Part shown: piece by piece, positions 55,523 through 64,000 of the stretch
Layout: every line of letters starts with the position of its first letter
How positions within the stretch are numbered: position 1 is the first letter of the stretch
From: a virus
Direction: 5' to 3' (one strand)
IMG/VR virus record: IMGVR_UViG_3300030102_006261
Coordinates: 1 to 64,000 of that record
DNA: 64,000 nucleotides
Made by a program: the position numbers and the translations under genes
The notes under the pieces: generated by a model
Told to the model about the DNA's origin: nothing
Database searches by the model: none
Seen by the model: the letters and a program-made list of their open reading frames with translations, nothing else

Positions 55523-55546
55523 ATATAAATATTATGGAGGAATAAT

Positions 55547-56107
55547 ATGCCTTTAACAGGACCAGCCGAACTTCTTCATAGCTCTGAAATTAGAAAGCCC
55601 ACAACTAACAATTTTCTGGGCACAAACTACTTCCAATTTGTTTTAAATAGAGCGCCCCTCTTGACATACTTCTGTCAATCTGTTAACCTACCATCATTAA
55701 CTATTGGTTTTGCTGATATTCCAGTGGCTGGAGTTGGTGTTCCATTTAAAAATCCAGTTGGTAGGTACTCGTATGAGCAGTTAACTGTTTCCTTCCTAGT
55801 GGATGAGGAAATGAAAAACTGGCGAGAGATACACGATTGGATGAGAACCCTGAGTACAGCAGAGTCAATGGGTAGTGAAAAAACTTCAGAGGTAATACCA
55901 CATGAAGAAAGATTTGATACCGCAACTCTTATAATTATGAACAGTGCTTACAAACCAAATGTTAGGGTGACACTAAATGAATTATTCCCAGTGGGAATCA
56001 GTGGTATTCAGTTTTCGTCAGTTTCAGTTGATACAGAACCAGTTGTAGCCACTGCAACATTCGCATACACTTCGTACAAGGTAGAAGATATATCTAATGA
56101 ATCTTAA
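55547..56107 (+). CDS. gp3: Tail completion / tube terminator
   Basis: N.L....F.F...R.P...YFCQ.VNLP, FLVDE.M.N..EIHDW, FP..IS. Confidence 0.9.
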   Translation: MPLTGPAELLHSSEIRKPTTNNFLGTNYFQFVLNRAPLLTYFCQSVNLPSLTIGFADIPVAGVGVPFKNPVGRYSYEQLTVSFLVDEEMKNWREIHDWMRTLSTAESMGSEKTSEVIPHEERFDTATLIIMNSAYKPNVRVTLNELFPVGISGIQFSSVSVDTEPVVATATFAYTSYKVEDISNES

Positions 56108-56531
56108 TGAAATACGTGAAATGGTTTCCAAAGATGTAATTATAGATGAAACCAACCTAGATCAAGAGTCAATAAAGACACCACAACTTCATAATAAATA
56201 CCTAATATTTTTTGGTGATGAGAAGCTCATTTTGAAGAAATTAGAAACAGATCTAAGAGGTCTCAAGAAAGTGAAATGGTTATACTATACAGGTAAACTT
56301 TCACAAGAAGAACTTGAGGAGCAGGGTTGGGAACCTTTTGATTATCATGTGCTCAAGACTGACGTTGATCGATTCATCAACGCCGATGACGACATCATCC
56401 TACTTGAAAATAAAGTAGCTCTTCAAAAGGAAAAGGTTGATTATCTAGAGAACGTGATAAAAATTGTGACTGGTAGACAGTGGAATATAAAGACCGCGTT
56501 GGACTGGTTCAAATTCACCAGTGGTGCATGA
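56097..56531 (+). CDS. uvsY: Recombination mediator
   Basis: P.LH.KYL, YYTGK, R.W.IK.A.DW.KF.SG. Confidence 0.92.
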   Translation: MNLNEIREMVSKDVIIDETNLDQESIKTPQLHNKYLIFFGDEKLILKKLETDLRGLKKVKWLYYTGKLSQEELEEQGWEPFDYHVLKTDVDRFINADDDIILLENKVALQKEKVDYLENVIKIVTGRQWNIKTALDWFKFTSGA

Positions 56532-56547
56532 GACATAAATATGGTAT

Positions 56548-58059
56548 ATGAGTGATTTAATTATTAAACCTGTGGATTCTGTTCACATATACATTGAGTG
56601 TGAAGAAAGTTTAGCCCGAGAGTTAAACGAATATTTTACGTTTCTTGTACCAAATTATCAATTCACACCAGCATACAAAAAAAGAAAATGGGATGGTCAA
56701 ATTCGTCTGTTTAATTTGTACAGTCGAAGAATATACACTGGACTATTGAACTATGTAATTAAGTTTGCTATTGATCGAAATTATTCATATGAAAATCAAG
56801 TTCAGTCAGATAATAGTGTGACAAAAGAATCTGTAATAGATTTACTCACAAGTATCAAAGTTAGTGCGAATGGTGAAAATATAACACCACACGATCACCA
56901 AGTAAAAGCCATATATCATGCTCTAAAGAAAAATAGATGCTTACTACTTTCTCCTACTGGAAGCGGTAAATCTCTGATAATTTATTATTTGATGCGTCAC
57001 TATCTGGAAAATATTGACGAGGATAAAAAAATACTCATAGTTGTTCCCACCACAGGGTTAGTGTCGCAAATGTACAATGACTTCAAAGAATATTCCTCGA
57101 ATGATACATGGGATATCACAAAAAATGCACATGTAATATTCTCAGGTCAGGATAAGTTGACTGACAAAAGAATAGTTATTTCTACGTGGCAAAGTATATA
57201 CAAGATGCCCATTGAATATTTTAATGACTTTTCGGTTGTCTTCGGTGACGAGTGTCATTTATTCAAAGCAAAGTCCCTGACTTCTTTGATGTCTAAAACA
57301 AAAGATTGCCCCTATAAGATAGGAACAACCGGAACTCTAGATGGATCCCAAACTCATAAGTTAGTTATCGAGGGATTATTTGGACCTGTTTTTAACGTGG
57401 TAAAAACAAAAGAACTAATGGAGCAGGATCTACTTTCAAACTTATCCATTGATTGTATTACCTTACAATATAATCAGGATTCAATCAACGAGATCAAAAG
57501 AGCAAAGTACATGGATGAAATTAAATGGCTAACACAGAAAAAAGAGAGAAATGATTTCATAACCAATTTATGCTGTAGACTAAAGGGAAATACACTTTTG
57601 CTGTTCAATTATGTCGAGCAACATGGAATCCCTTTATATGAAAAAATTAAAGAGATATGTCCAAATGAAAAGGTTTTTCTGATTCATGGGGGCACAGACA
57701 CAGAGCAAAGAGAAAGGATAAGAAAAATTGTTGATAAGGAATCTAAAGCTATTCTTGTCGCGTCTTATGGAACCTGCTCTACTGGCATTAATATTAGGAA
57801 TATTAACAATATTGTTTTTGCTTCGCCTTCTAAGTCAGTAGTCAGAGTATTGCAGTCTATAGGTAGAGGATTAAGAAAAACAAAGACAAAGGACAAAGTA
57901 AAATTGTATGATATATCTGATGATTTATGTCATAAGAGCTATAGAAACCACACCCTCCGTCACCTCGATGAAAGAATCAAGATATATACTAATGAAGAAT
58001 TTAAGTATGAGAAAACTAATATCCGCATAGAAGGAGATACTCATGAGCAACTCTTATAG
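56548..58059 (+). CDS. uvsW: SF2 DNA helicase
   Basis: WDG.IRLF, SPTGSGKS, GDECH, GTTGT, QSIGR.LR. Confidence 0.96.
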   Translation: MSDLIIKPVDSVHIYIECEESLARELNEYFTFLVPNYQFTPAYKKRKWDGQIRLFNLYSRRIYTGLLNYVIKFAIDRNYSYENQVQSDNSVTKESVIDLLTSIKVSANGENITPHDHQVKAIYHALKKNRCLLLSPTGSGKSLIIYYLMRHYLENIDEDKKILIVVPTTGLVSQMYNDFKEYSSNDTWDITKNAHVIFSGQDKLTDKRIVISTWQSIYKMPIEYFNDFSVVFGDECHLFKAKSLTSLMSKTKDCPYKIGTTGTLDGSQTHKLVIEGLFGPVFNVVKTKELMEQDLLSNLSIDCITLQYNQDSINEIKRAKYMDEIKWLTQKKERNDFITNLCCRLKGNTLLLFNYVEQHGIPLYEKIKEICPNEKVFLIHGGTDTEQRERIRKIVDKESKAILVASYGTCSTGINIRNINNIVFASPSKSVVRVLQSIGRGLRKTKTKDKVKLYDISDDLCHKSYRNHTLRHLDERIKIYTNEEFKYEKTNIRIEGDTHEQLL

Positions 58060-58651
58060 AATTATAAAATTAAAAAGCGGAGAGGATCTAATTACAAAAA
58101 TCAAGGGTAGAGAAAAGGGTAAGTTAATCGTAGAAACGCCCATGATTTTCAAATCAAATATAATCACAGACTTTGGTGGTATTCCAAAGGAAGTCACCAT
58201 ACTTCAAAAATGGTCTAAGTACTCAACAAATAAGGAAGTAAAAATTCCAGAGGATTACATCATTAGTTACTTCACACCAATTGATGAAGCTATTCGTCTT
58301 TATAATCTAGAGAAAAATAAAGAGGAAAAGGAATCAAAAATTAGTAAGCAACTGCCTCCAATGAATAATGATGTTATCAAAAAAATGCTCGATGATTTAG
58401 TTGATTTTAAATCAAATCAAGAGCCGTATGAAGGTGTGTTTAAGTTTATAGGCTCAGAGAAAGACATGGAAGAATTTCTTGATAAGCTAGAAATGAACTT
58501 AGATGACGAGTTTTATAATGAGGAAATGTACATACCATTCGAAGAAATAAACGAGGATATGTACACTGGGGATGATGTACATCATCCGGATTATGGTAAT
58601 AGGTGGACTGATTGGGATTCAGACTTAACTGATTTTCTAGAAGAAGATTAA
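58043..58651 (+). CDS. Conserved T4-like hypothetical protein
   Basis: IIKLKSGEDLI N-terminus; usual position between uvsW and gp55. Confidence 0.75.
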   Translation: MSNSYRIIKLKSGEDLITKIKGREKGKLIVETPMIFKSNIITDFGGIPKEVTILQKWSKYSTNKEVKIPEDYIISYFTPIDEAIRLYNLEKNKEEKESKISKQLPPMNNDVIKKMLDDLVDFKSNQEPYEGVFKFIGSEKDMEEFLDKLEMNLDDEFYNEEMYIPFEEINEDMYTGDDVHHPDYGNRWTDWDSDLTDFLEED

Positions 58652-58682
58652 TACTATTACCCTTTTCCCTCTGACACAGAGG

Positions 58683-58710
58683 ATTTTATAGTGGTTTAGC
58701 TATTTGTCAA
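58683..58710 (-). promoter_or_regulatory. Antisense sigma70-type promoter TTGACA-16-TAAAAT
   Basis: -35 at 58710-58705, -10 at 58688-58683; back-to-back with gp55 promoter. Confidence 0.6.
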
Positions 58711-58718
58711 GTATTTTC

Positions 58719-58746
58719 TTGATTAATTAGAGAAAAGAAGTAGTAT
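58719..58746 (+). promoter_or_regulatory. Sigma70-type promoter TTGATT-16-TAGTAT, leaderless gp55
   Basis: ATG 6 nt after -10; no SD. Confidence 0.65.
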
Positions 58747-58752
58747 ATTCAT

Positions 58753-59262
58753 ATGAGTAAAAAATCTTCACATTACATAGACAACGACGAATTTTTCAAA
58801 GAGATGTCTGATTGGAAAAGTAAAGTCATAGAGGCAGAAAGCGTCGGAGAAAAACGACCACCTGTAAATGAGTATGTTGGTAAGTGTTTTCTAGATATAG
58901 CAGAGCACTTGGCGCAAAAACCTAACTTTACTAATTATCCATATAAAGACGAGATGATAAGTGACGCTGTAGAAAATTGTCTTCTATATGCACACAATTT
59001 CAATCCAGAAAAATCAAAGAATCCATTTTCATACTTCACTCAAATAACATACTATGCATTTTTGCGTAGAATAGAAAAAGAAAAAAAGCAGCAATACATA
59101 AAGTTTAAGATAACAGAGATGAATGATGATGGTTCTTTGTCCTCTTGGTTTAAAAACAATTATTTTGAAAAAGAAACAACGTCGGATGCAATGAAGGAAC
59201 ATTTCAATATTTCTGATAATGACTTAGAGAGATTAGAGCCTAAAAAGAAAAAGAAAAAATGA
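58753..59262 (+). CDS. gp55: Late sigma factor
   Basis: HYIDN.EF, PNF.NY.YKDEMISD..ENC, NF.PEKS.NPFSYFTQI.YYAFLRRI.KEKKQ. Confidence 0.97.
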   Translation: MSKKSSHYIDNDEFFKEMSDWKSKVIEAESVGEKRPPVNEYVGKCFLDIAEHLAQKPNFTNYPYKDEMISDAVENCLLYAHNFNPEKSKNPFSYFTQITYYAFLRRIEKEKKQQYIKFKITEMNDDGSLSSWFKNNYFEKETTSDAMKEHFNISDNDLERLEPKKKKKK

Positions 59263-60314
59263 AAATCGCATTAATAAATGATACTCATTTTGGGGCAAGA
59301 AATGATTCATCTATTTTTCTAAATTACTTCTTAGAATTTTTTGAAGAACAATTTTTCCCCTACTGTATCGAAAATAATATAGATCAAGTATTACATCTAG
59401 GCGATTTGATGGATCGTAGAAAGTTTGTCAACTTCAATACGTTACATGAGGTTCGCACCAGATTTTTTAATAAGTTCAAAGAGAACAGAATTAATTTACA
59501 TTGCACTATTGGTAACCACGATACTTTCTATAGAAATACCAATGAAATAAATTCACTAAAAGAACTATTTGATGATAAGAATGAATATTTTCATTTGTAT
59601 GAAAATCCAACCTCTGTGCATTTTGACAGTCTCTGCGTTGGGCTGATTCCTTGGATTAACAATACAAATCGTCAGGAGTGTGAAGACTTTTTGAAAACAT
59701 GCGCTTGCCCAATTGTAGGTGGTCACTTTGAGCTTAATGGTTACCAAGTTATGCGTGGGGTGAACTTCAGACACGGTATGTCCGATAAATTGTTGCAGCG
59801 ATTTGAGACTGTTTTATCTGGTCATTTTCACAGTAAGAGCACGAAAAATAACGTGTATTATCTGGGCACTCAGTATCAAATAACATTTAGTGATCTAAAT
59901 GACAATAAAGGGTTTCATGTATTAGACACGGAAACAAGAGAACTTCAATTTATAGAGAATAAGAGAAGAAAGTTCTATCATATTGAGTATGATGATACTG
60001 ATCCAAAGTCACTTTCAGACATAGATTACAGTTTCTACAAAGATTGTTATGTTAAGGTTATAGTAAAGAATAAAAACAAAAGAAAAATATTTGACTCATT
60101 CCTCGATACCTTATATAAAAATAAAGTGATTGATATCACTGTTGTGGAGGACATGAGTGATTTTCTCATCGAAGAGGAAACCATTGATATGGCAAAAGAT
60201 ACTTTGACTATAATCAATGATGAAATTGACAGTGATGTTGATATAGAGGAAAAGGGTAAGATAAAGGAAATAATTCGTGATCTTTACATGGAAGGTCTAA
60301 GTTCGTGGGAATAG
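59259..60314 (+). CDS. gp47: Recombination nuclease subunit (Mre11/SbcD-like)
   Basis: DTHFGAR, LGD..DRRK, GNHD, SGHFH. Confidence 0.96.
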   Translation: MKIALINDTHFGARNDSSIFLNYFLEFFEEQFFPYCIENNIDQVLHLGDLMDRRKFVNFNTLHEVRTRFFNKFKENRINLHCTIGNHDTFYRNTNEINSLKELFDDKNEYFHLYENPTSVHFDSLCVGLIPWINNTNRQECEDFLKTCACPIVGGHFELNGYQVMRGVNFRHGMSDKLLQRFETVLSGHFHSKSTKNNVYYLGTQYQITFSDLNDNKGFHVLDTETRELQFIENKRRKFYHIEYDDTDPKSLSDIDYSFYKDCYVKVIVKNKNKRKIFDSFLDTLYKNKVIDITVVEDMSDFLIEEETIDMAKDTLTIINDEIDSDVDIEEKGKIKEIIRDLYMEGLSSWE

Positions 60315-60315
60315 T

Positions 60316-62031
60316 ATGTTAGTATTTAAAAGTGTTAAGTTTAAAAACTTTGGTTCCTTTGGTAATACGTTTACACACATAGACTTAAACAGACATAACA
60401 CCGTGCTAGTGTCTGGTAAAAATGGTCATGGTAAATCGTTTGCTTTGTTGGATTCTATAACATTTGGTTTGTTTGGTAAACCTTTTAGGAAAGTGAATAT
60501 TCCCCAGTTAACCAATAGTGTGAACCAAAAAGATTGTGTTGTGGAGGTGGAATTTGACACACCTAAACACTCTTACAAAGTTATTCGTGGTCTACAACCA
60601 AAAGTCTTTGAGATTTACAAAGACGGTGATCTGCTACCGCAAAATGCAAAGGCAAAAGATTATCAAAAAATTCTAGAGGAACAAATATTACGTATGAACT
60701 ATAAGTCGTTCATGCAGATTGTCATATTGGGTTCGTCATCGTTTGTTCCATTTATGCAACTGTCTAGTAATGACAGAAGAGAAGTTATTGAAGACATTCT
60801 AGATATTAAAATCTTTAGTGTGATGAACTCCTTACTAAAGGTTAAACTTTCACAGTTAAAGGAAAATTTGAATGAAATTGAAAACAAGATCACGATCTCA
60901 AAAGAAAAAATTGATCTACAAAAGAGTCATGTGCAAACCCTTGAAAATAAAAGTCAAGAGAGTCTCGATAAAAACAAAACCAAGTTACAGTCACTCATCG
61001 AAGAGGGTAAGGCTAAACAAGAAAATATTTCCGGGATATCAACTAAGATCGAGGAAATTCGCGAGAAAACTCCTAAAAAGGAGCAGTTCTTATCGAGCAT
61101 AAAGGGCATAGAGAGAACAGAAAATGAAGTCTCTGTTAGTCTTAAAAGGTTAAACAAAGACATCACTTTCTATACGTCGAATACTAATTGTCCATCTTGT
61201 AAGCAAGAAATTGATGAAGAGTTTAGACAAGAGACACTTGATAAAAAATCCAAAGAAAAAGAAAATCTTGAGTCTAGACTAGAGGGAATCGAGCAACTAC
61301 TAAAAGAAACATCTGAAAAAATAGAGTTTATAGACGATAGAGAAAAAGAGATTAGAACACAAGAAAATCTAATCCTAGAGCAGAAAAGCATGATAAAGTC
61401 TTTGTATTCTCAGATTCAATATATTGAACAAGAAATTTCTGATCTAGAGAATAATAGGGATAACATTGATGAAGAAAAAGATAAACTATATGGATTCTGT
61501 GAAACCCAAAGAAAAGCACTAGATGAAAAAGATTCTGTTTTAAACCAGAAGTATAATTATGACGTGGTTCATGATTTACTGAAAGACGCCGGAATCAAAT
61601 CAAAAATTATTAAGTATTATTTGCCTATAATTAATAAACTGATAAACAAGCATCTTTCTTCGATGAACTTTTTTGCTAATTTTACTTTAGATGAAGAGTT
61701 TAACGAAACAATCAAAAGTCGGCACAGAGACACATTTAGTTACATGAGTTTCAGTGAGGGTGAAAAACTTAGGATTGATTTGGCTTTAATTCTGTCTTGG
61801 AGAGAAATTGCAAAGCTCAAGAACAGTGCGAGTTGCAACCTATTGATTCTTGATGAAGTTTTTGACTCGTCACTTGATGCGATGGGAACAGATGATCTTA
61901 TGAAGCTACTTGATGATTTGTCCATAAATACAAATGTGTTTGTGATTAGTCATAAGTCAGATCAATTAGCAGACAAATTTTCTAATTACCTCACATTTGA
62001 AAAGAAAAACAACTTTAGTAGGATAAAGTAA
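60316..62031 (+). CDS. gp46: Recombination ATPase subunit (Rad50/SbcC-like)
   Basis: GKNGHGKS, CPSC hook, FSEGEK.RIDLAL, LILDEVFDSSLD, ISH. Confidence 0.97.
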   Translation: MLVFKSVKFKNFGSFGNTFTHIDLNRHNTVLVSGKNGHGKSFALLDSITFGLFGKPFRKVNIPQLTNSVNQKDCVVEVEFDTPKHSYKVIRGLQPKVFEIYKDGDLLPQNAKAKDYQKILEEQILRMNYKSFMQIVILGSSSFVPFMQLSSNDRREVIEDILDIKIFSVMNSLLKVKLSQLKENLNEIENKITISKEKIDLQKSHVQTLENKSQESLDKNKTKLQSLIEEGKAKQENISGISTKIEEIREKTPKKEQFLSSIKGIERTENEVSVSLKRLNKDITFYTSNTNCPSCKQEIDEEFRQETLDKKSKEKENLESRLEGIEQLLKETSEKIEFIDDREKEIRTQENLILEQKSMIKSLYSQIQYIEQEISDLENNRDNIDEEKDKLYGFCETQRKALDEKDSVLNQKYNYDVVHDLLKDAGIKSKIIKYYLPIINKLINKHLSSMNFFANFTLDEEFNETIKSRHRDTFSYMSFSEGEKLRIDLALILSWREIAKLKNSASCNLLILDEVFDSSLDAMGTDDLMKLLDDLSINTNVFVISHKSDQLADKFSNYLTFEKKNNFSRIK

Positions 62032-62792
62032 TGCCAAGTCTTTTTGATGATGATTTAGTGTCTGAACTTGCTAACTGGGAGGATCCATTTCCTGCTCCGA
62101 TAATTGAAGAGCACGATGGGTTTATGATTGTTCGCGATGATCTACTTAATGGTGGATCGAAAATGCGTTTTGCTGATTACTTAATTAAAAGTCAACCGGA
62201 GATAGAAGAATGGGTATATGGGAGTTCTCCCGCAACTGGGTACGCACAGATTTCACTTTCTTACTTGTGCCGCAAATATGGTAAGAAGTCAGTTATTTTT
62301 ATGGCAAATAGAGCGTGGGATAAATTACACAATTATCAAATAGAAGCATTAGAAGCTGGAGCAGATATGAGATTTGTTCCAAATGGGATGTTGTCAGTAA
62401 CAGAGAAAAGAGCAAGAGATTATGTACAAGAAAGTCCTAACACCCGTAGATTACTTCCTATTGGGTTCGATCATCCTAGTGTTATCGCTTCCGTTACTCG
62501 GGTTGCTCAGACCATGGACATTGCACCCAGAGAGGTTTGGACAGTTGGATCTTCCGGAACTCTCACTAGAGGATTGCAGCAAGCATGGCCAGATGCATCG
62601 TTCCATTGTGTTGCTGTGGGGCACAAAGGTGACTACGGAAGAGCCAAAGTTTACAAATGTGAAATCCCATTCAATAAGGAAACAAAAGTAAAGCCTCCCT
62701 TTCCATCGGCACCAACGTATGATGCAAAGGCTTGGGAGTTCATGAAGCAATACGCTTCTAAGGGTGCTTTGTTTTGGAATGTCGGTGCTTGA
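62031..62792 (+). CDS. PLP-dependent enzyme (fold type II / PALP-like)
   Basis: VRDDLL.GGSK.R PLP-lysine motif, VGSSGTL.RGL phosphate loop, YDAKAW, FWNVG. Confidence 0.8.
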   Translation: MPSLFDDDLVSELANWEDPFPAPIIEEHDGFMIVRDDLLNGGSKMRFADYLIKSQPEIEEWVYGSSPATGYAQISLSYLCRKYGKKSVIFMANRAWDKLHNYQIEALEAGADMRFVPNGMLSVTEKRARDYVQESPNTRRLLPIGFDHPSVIASVTRVAQTMDIAPREVWTVGSSGTLTRGLQQAWPDASFHCVAVGHKGDYGRAKVYKCEIPFNKETKVKPPFPSAPTYDAKAWEFMKQYASKGALFWNVGA

Positions 62793-62816
62793 CAATAAAG
62801 TTTAAGTTGATATAAT
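62789..62816 (+). promoter_or_regulatory. Sigma70-type promoter TTGACA-16-TATAAT
   Basis: Consensus hexamers; ATG 8 nt downstream, no SD. Confidence 0.88.
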
Positions 62817-62824
62817 ACACTGTC

Positions 62825-64000
62825 ATGAAAAAGTTCTACGAAAGAAATGATTATGTAATTAATAGTGACGTGAATGTGTTGTTCGAAGAACTTCTGTCTA
62901 TGACAGTTTCCGAGTTCGAGGAGTGGGTTATCCGTATGCGGAGAGAGATAACGTATGCGTGGGATACATACGGATGCCCTCCTCGAACTGGGAAAAATAA
63001 AAATGACATACTTGATTCCTTTAACAAATTAGCAGAGTATCCAGTTCATCTATTCACTAAAACAGATGAACTTTCTGACATCGATGATGATGTTATCACA
63101 AACAAATCTCGTGCTGGTGTTGAGGTTGATCAATGGTTTTCTAATATGTTTAAAACGAGAATTAATTATAATGAAAAAGATGAAGGATATTCTATTTACG
63201 ATTTGGTTGCTAATCCTGATTATCTCGGGCGTGTTATACGTGGTGCTTCTAGGCACTTACGACGGGATTCATTTTATAGTCACGCGCTATCTGCAATCAA
63301 ACACAGTAAAAAATACTCCATCATTGACGTTTCATCCGGAGAAGAGTGGATAAAGGCTTACTTTAAAAACCCTGATGTGTTTAGAGGGTATGACTTCATG
63401 ATAGAAGAGGTAAAGCTCAGGGATGGGTTGAACACTAGTTACTTTCAGCTTGAGCAGTCTGATATACTACAATTAACAAAAGATCAAATGAATGAGTGGA
63501 AAGATTTACTCTCATACAGACATCACTCTACATTTGATATAGAGGATATGTCTGATGAAAAACTTTATGCCATCAGAATATACAAAAAGGGAAATCGGAT
63601 ATTTCCTTCTGGCTTTAAGTGTTTTAGAATTGGTTATATACAGCCTGCTGTTAACTTTCCTCCTATGACGGCTAAATACCTTTATGAGAGGTTTACCAAT
63701 GACATTAAATCACAGGAAACAATTAAAATCTTTGACCCGAGTTCAGGCTGGGGTGGTAGAATTCTTGGGGCTATGTCTTGTCGTGATGATAGGAATATTC
63801 TTTACATTGGCACTGATCCCAATCCTGACAATTTCTATGCTGATGGCACTTCTAAATATTCTTCTGTTGCCGATTTTTATAATACGGAAACGTATCGCGG
63901 CAATCCCTTCTTCAGTTCAACAAATAATTACGAGCTATACCAGCTAGGATCTGAGGAAATACACAAGGATGAAAGCTTTCAAAAACATCGGGGATCGATT
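62825..64000 (+). CDS. SAM-dependent DNA methyltransferase-like protein, runs off the right edge
   Basis: Not in ORF track (no stop); MKKFYERN..., in-frame NFPP.TAKYLYE, IFDPSSGWGGRILGAM, YIGTDPN. Confidence 0.8.
   Translation, partial: MKKFYERNDYVINSDVNVLFEELLSMTVSEFEEWVIRMRREITYAWDTYGCPPRTGKNKNDILDSFNKLAEYPVHLFTKTDELSDIDDDVITNKSRAGVEVDQWFSNMFKTRINYNEKDEGYSIYDLVANPDYLGRVIRGASRHLRRDSFYSHALSAIKHSKKYSIIDVSSGEEWIKAYFKNPDVFRGYDFMIEEVKLRDGLNTSYFQLEQSDILQLTKDQMNEWKDLLSYRHHSTFDIEDMSDEKLYAIRIYKKGNRIFPSGFKCFRIGYIQPAVNFPPMTAKYLYERFTNDIKSQETIKIFDPSSGWGGRILGAMSCRDDRNILYIGTDPNPDNFYADGTSKYSSVADFYNTETYRGNPFFSSTNNYELYQLGSEEIHKDESFQKHRGSI

Noticed and set aside
48550-55545. Long antisense or alternate-frame ORFs over gp18, gp21, gp22 and gp23
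   Set aside because: By-products of codon bias in conserved genes; no RBS or promoter support
46139-62031. Introns or inteins in terminase, portal, capsid, uvsW, gp46, gp47
   Set aside because: Uninterrupted ORFs of ordinary length with no splicing motifs seen
63050-63947. Short ORFs 63050-63256, 63066-63353, 63684-63947
   Set aside because: They lie within the open 62825->64000 methyltransferase frame that the track missed
1-64000. CRISPR array, integrase, transposase, reverse transcriptase or rRNA
   Set aside because: No repeat-spacer periodicity or diagnostic motifs seen by eye

Overview
A 64-kb segment of a large T4-like (Tevenvirinae/Kyanoviridae-like) dsDNA myophage genome; no cellular housekeeping genes are present. 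1-1450: a GC-rich, minus-strand array of small early genes, most with their own sigma70 promoter (17-bp spacer) and mostly leaderless. 1450-17900: an accessory region with an EndoVII-type nuclease, a PEP-CTERM-like membrane protein, several probable internal head proteins with T4 capsid-targeting-like N-termini, an HTTM membrane-protein pair, UDP-sugar dehydrogenase, a DenV-like glycosylase, four tRNAs for A-ending codons (Ile-UAU, Lys-UUU, Arg-UCU, Leu-UAA), a pseudoknotted leader and an independently transcribed, unrecognised ~200-nt structured RNA. 17900-56100: gp33, gp32 and a divergent baseplate/tail module (gp26/51, 54, 4, 48, 53, split gp27-like hub, 25, 6, 7, 8, fibres) with no visible gp5 spike or long tape measure, then gp13-23 and gp3. 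56100-64000: uvsY, uvsW, gp55, gp47, gp46, a PLP enzyme and a truncated DNA methyltransferase. Best candidates for undescribed biology: the structured ncRNA with repeated UUAG loops, protease-cleavable internal polyproteins, a 16-bp versus 17-bp promoter-spacer split, a gp26-gp51 -1 frameshift in an apparently spike-less tail module, and a phage PEP-CTERM protein hinting at a planctomycete-like host. All family calls come from motif recognition by eye; no database search was run.
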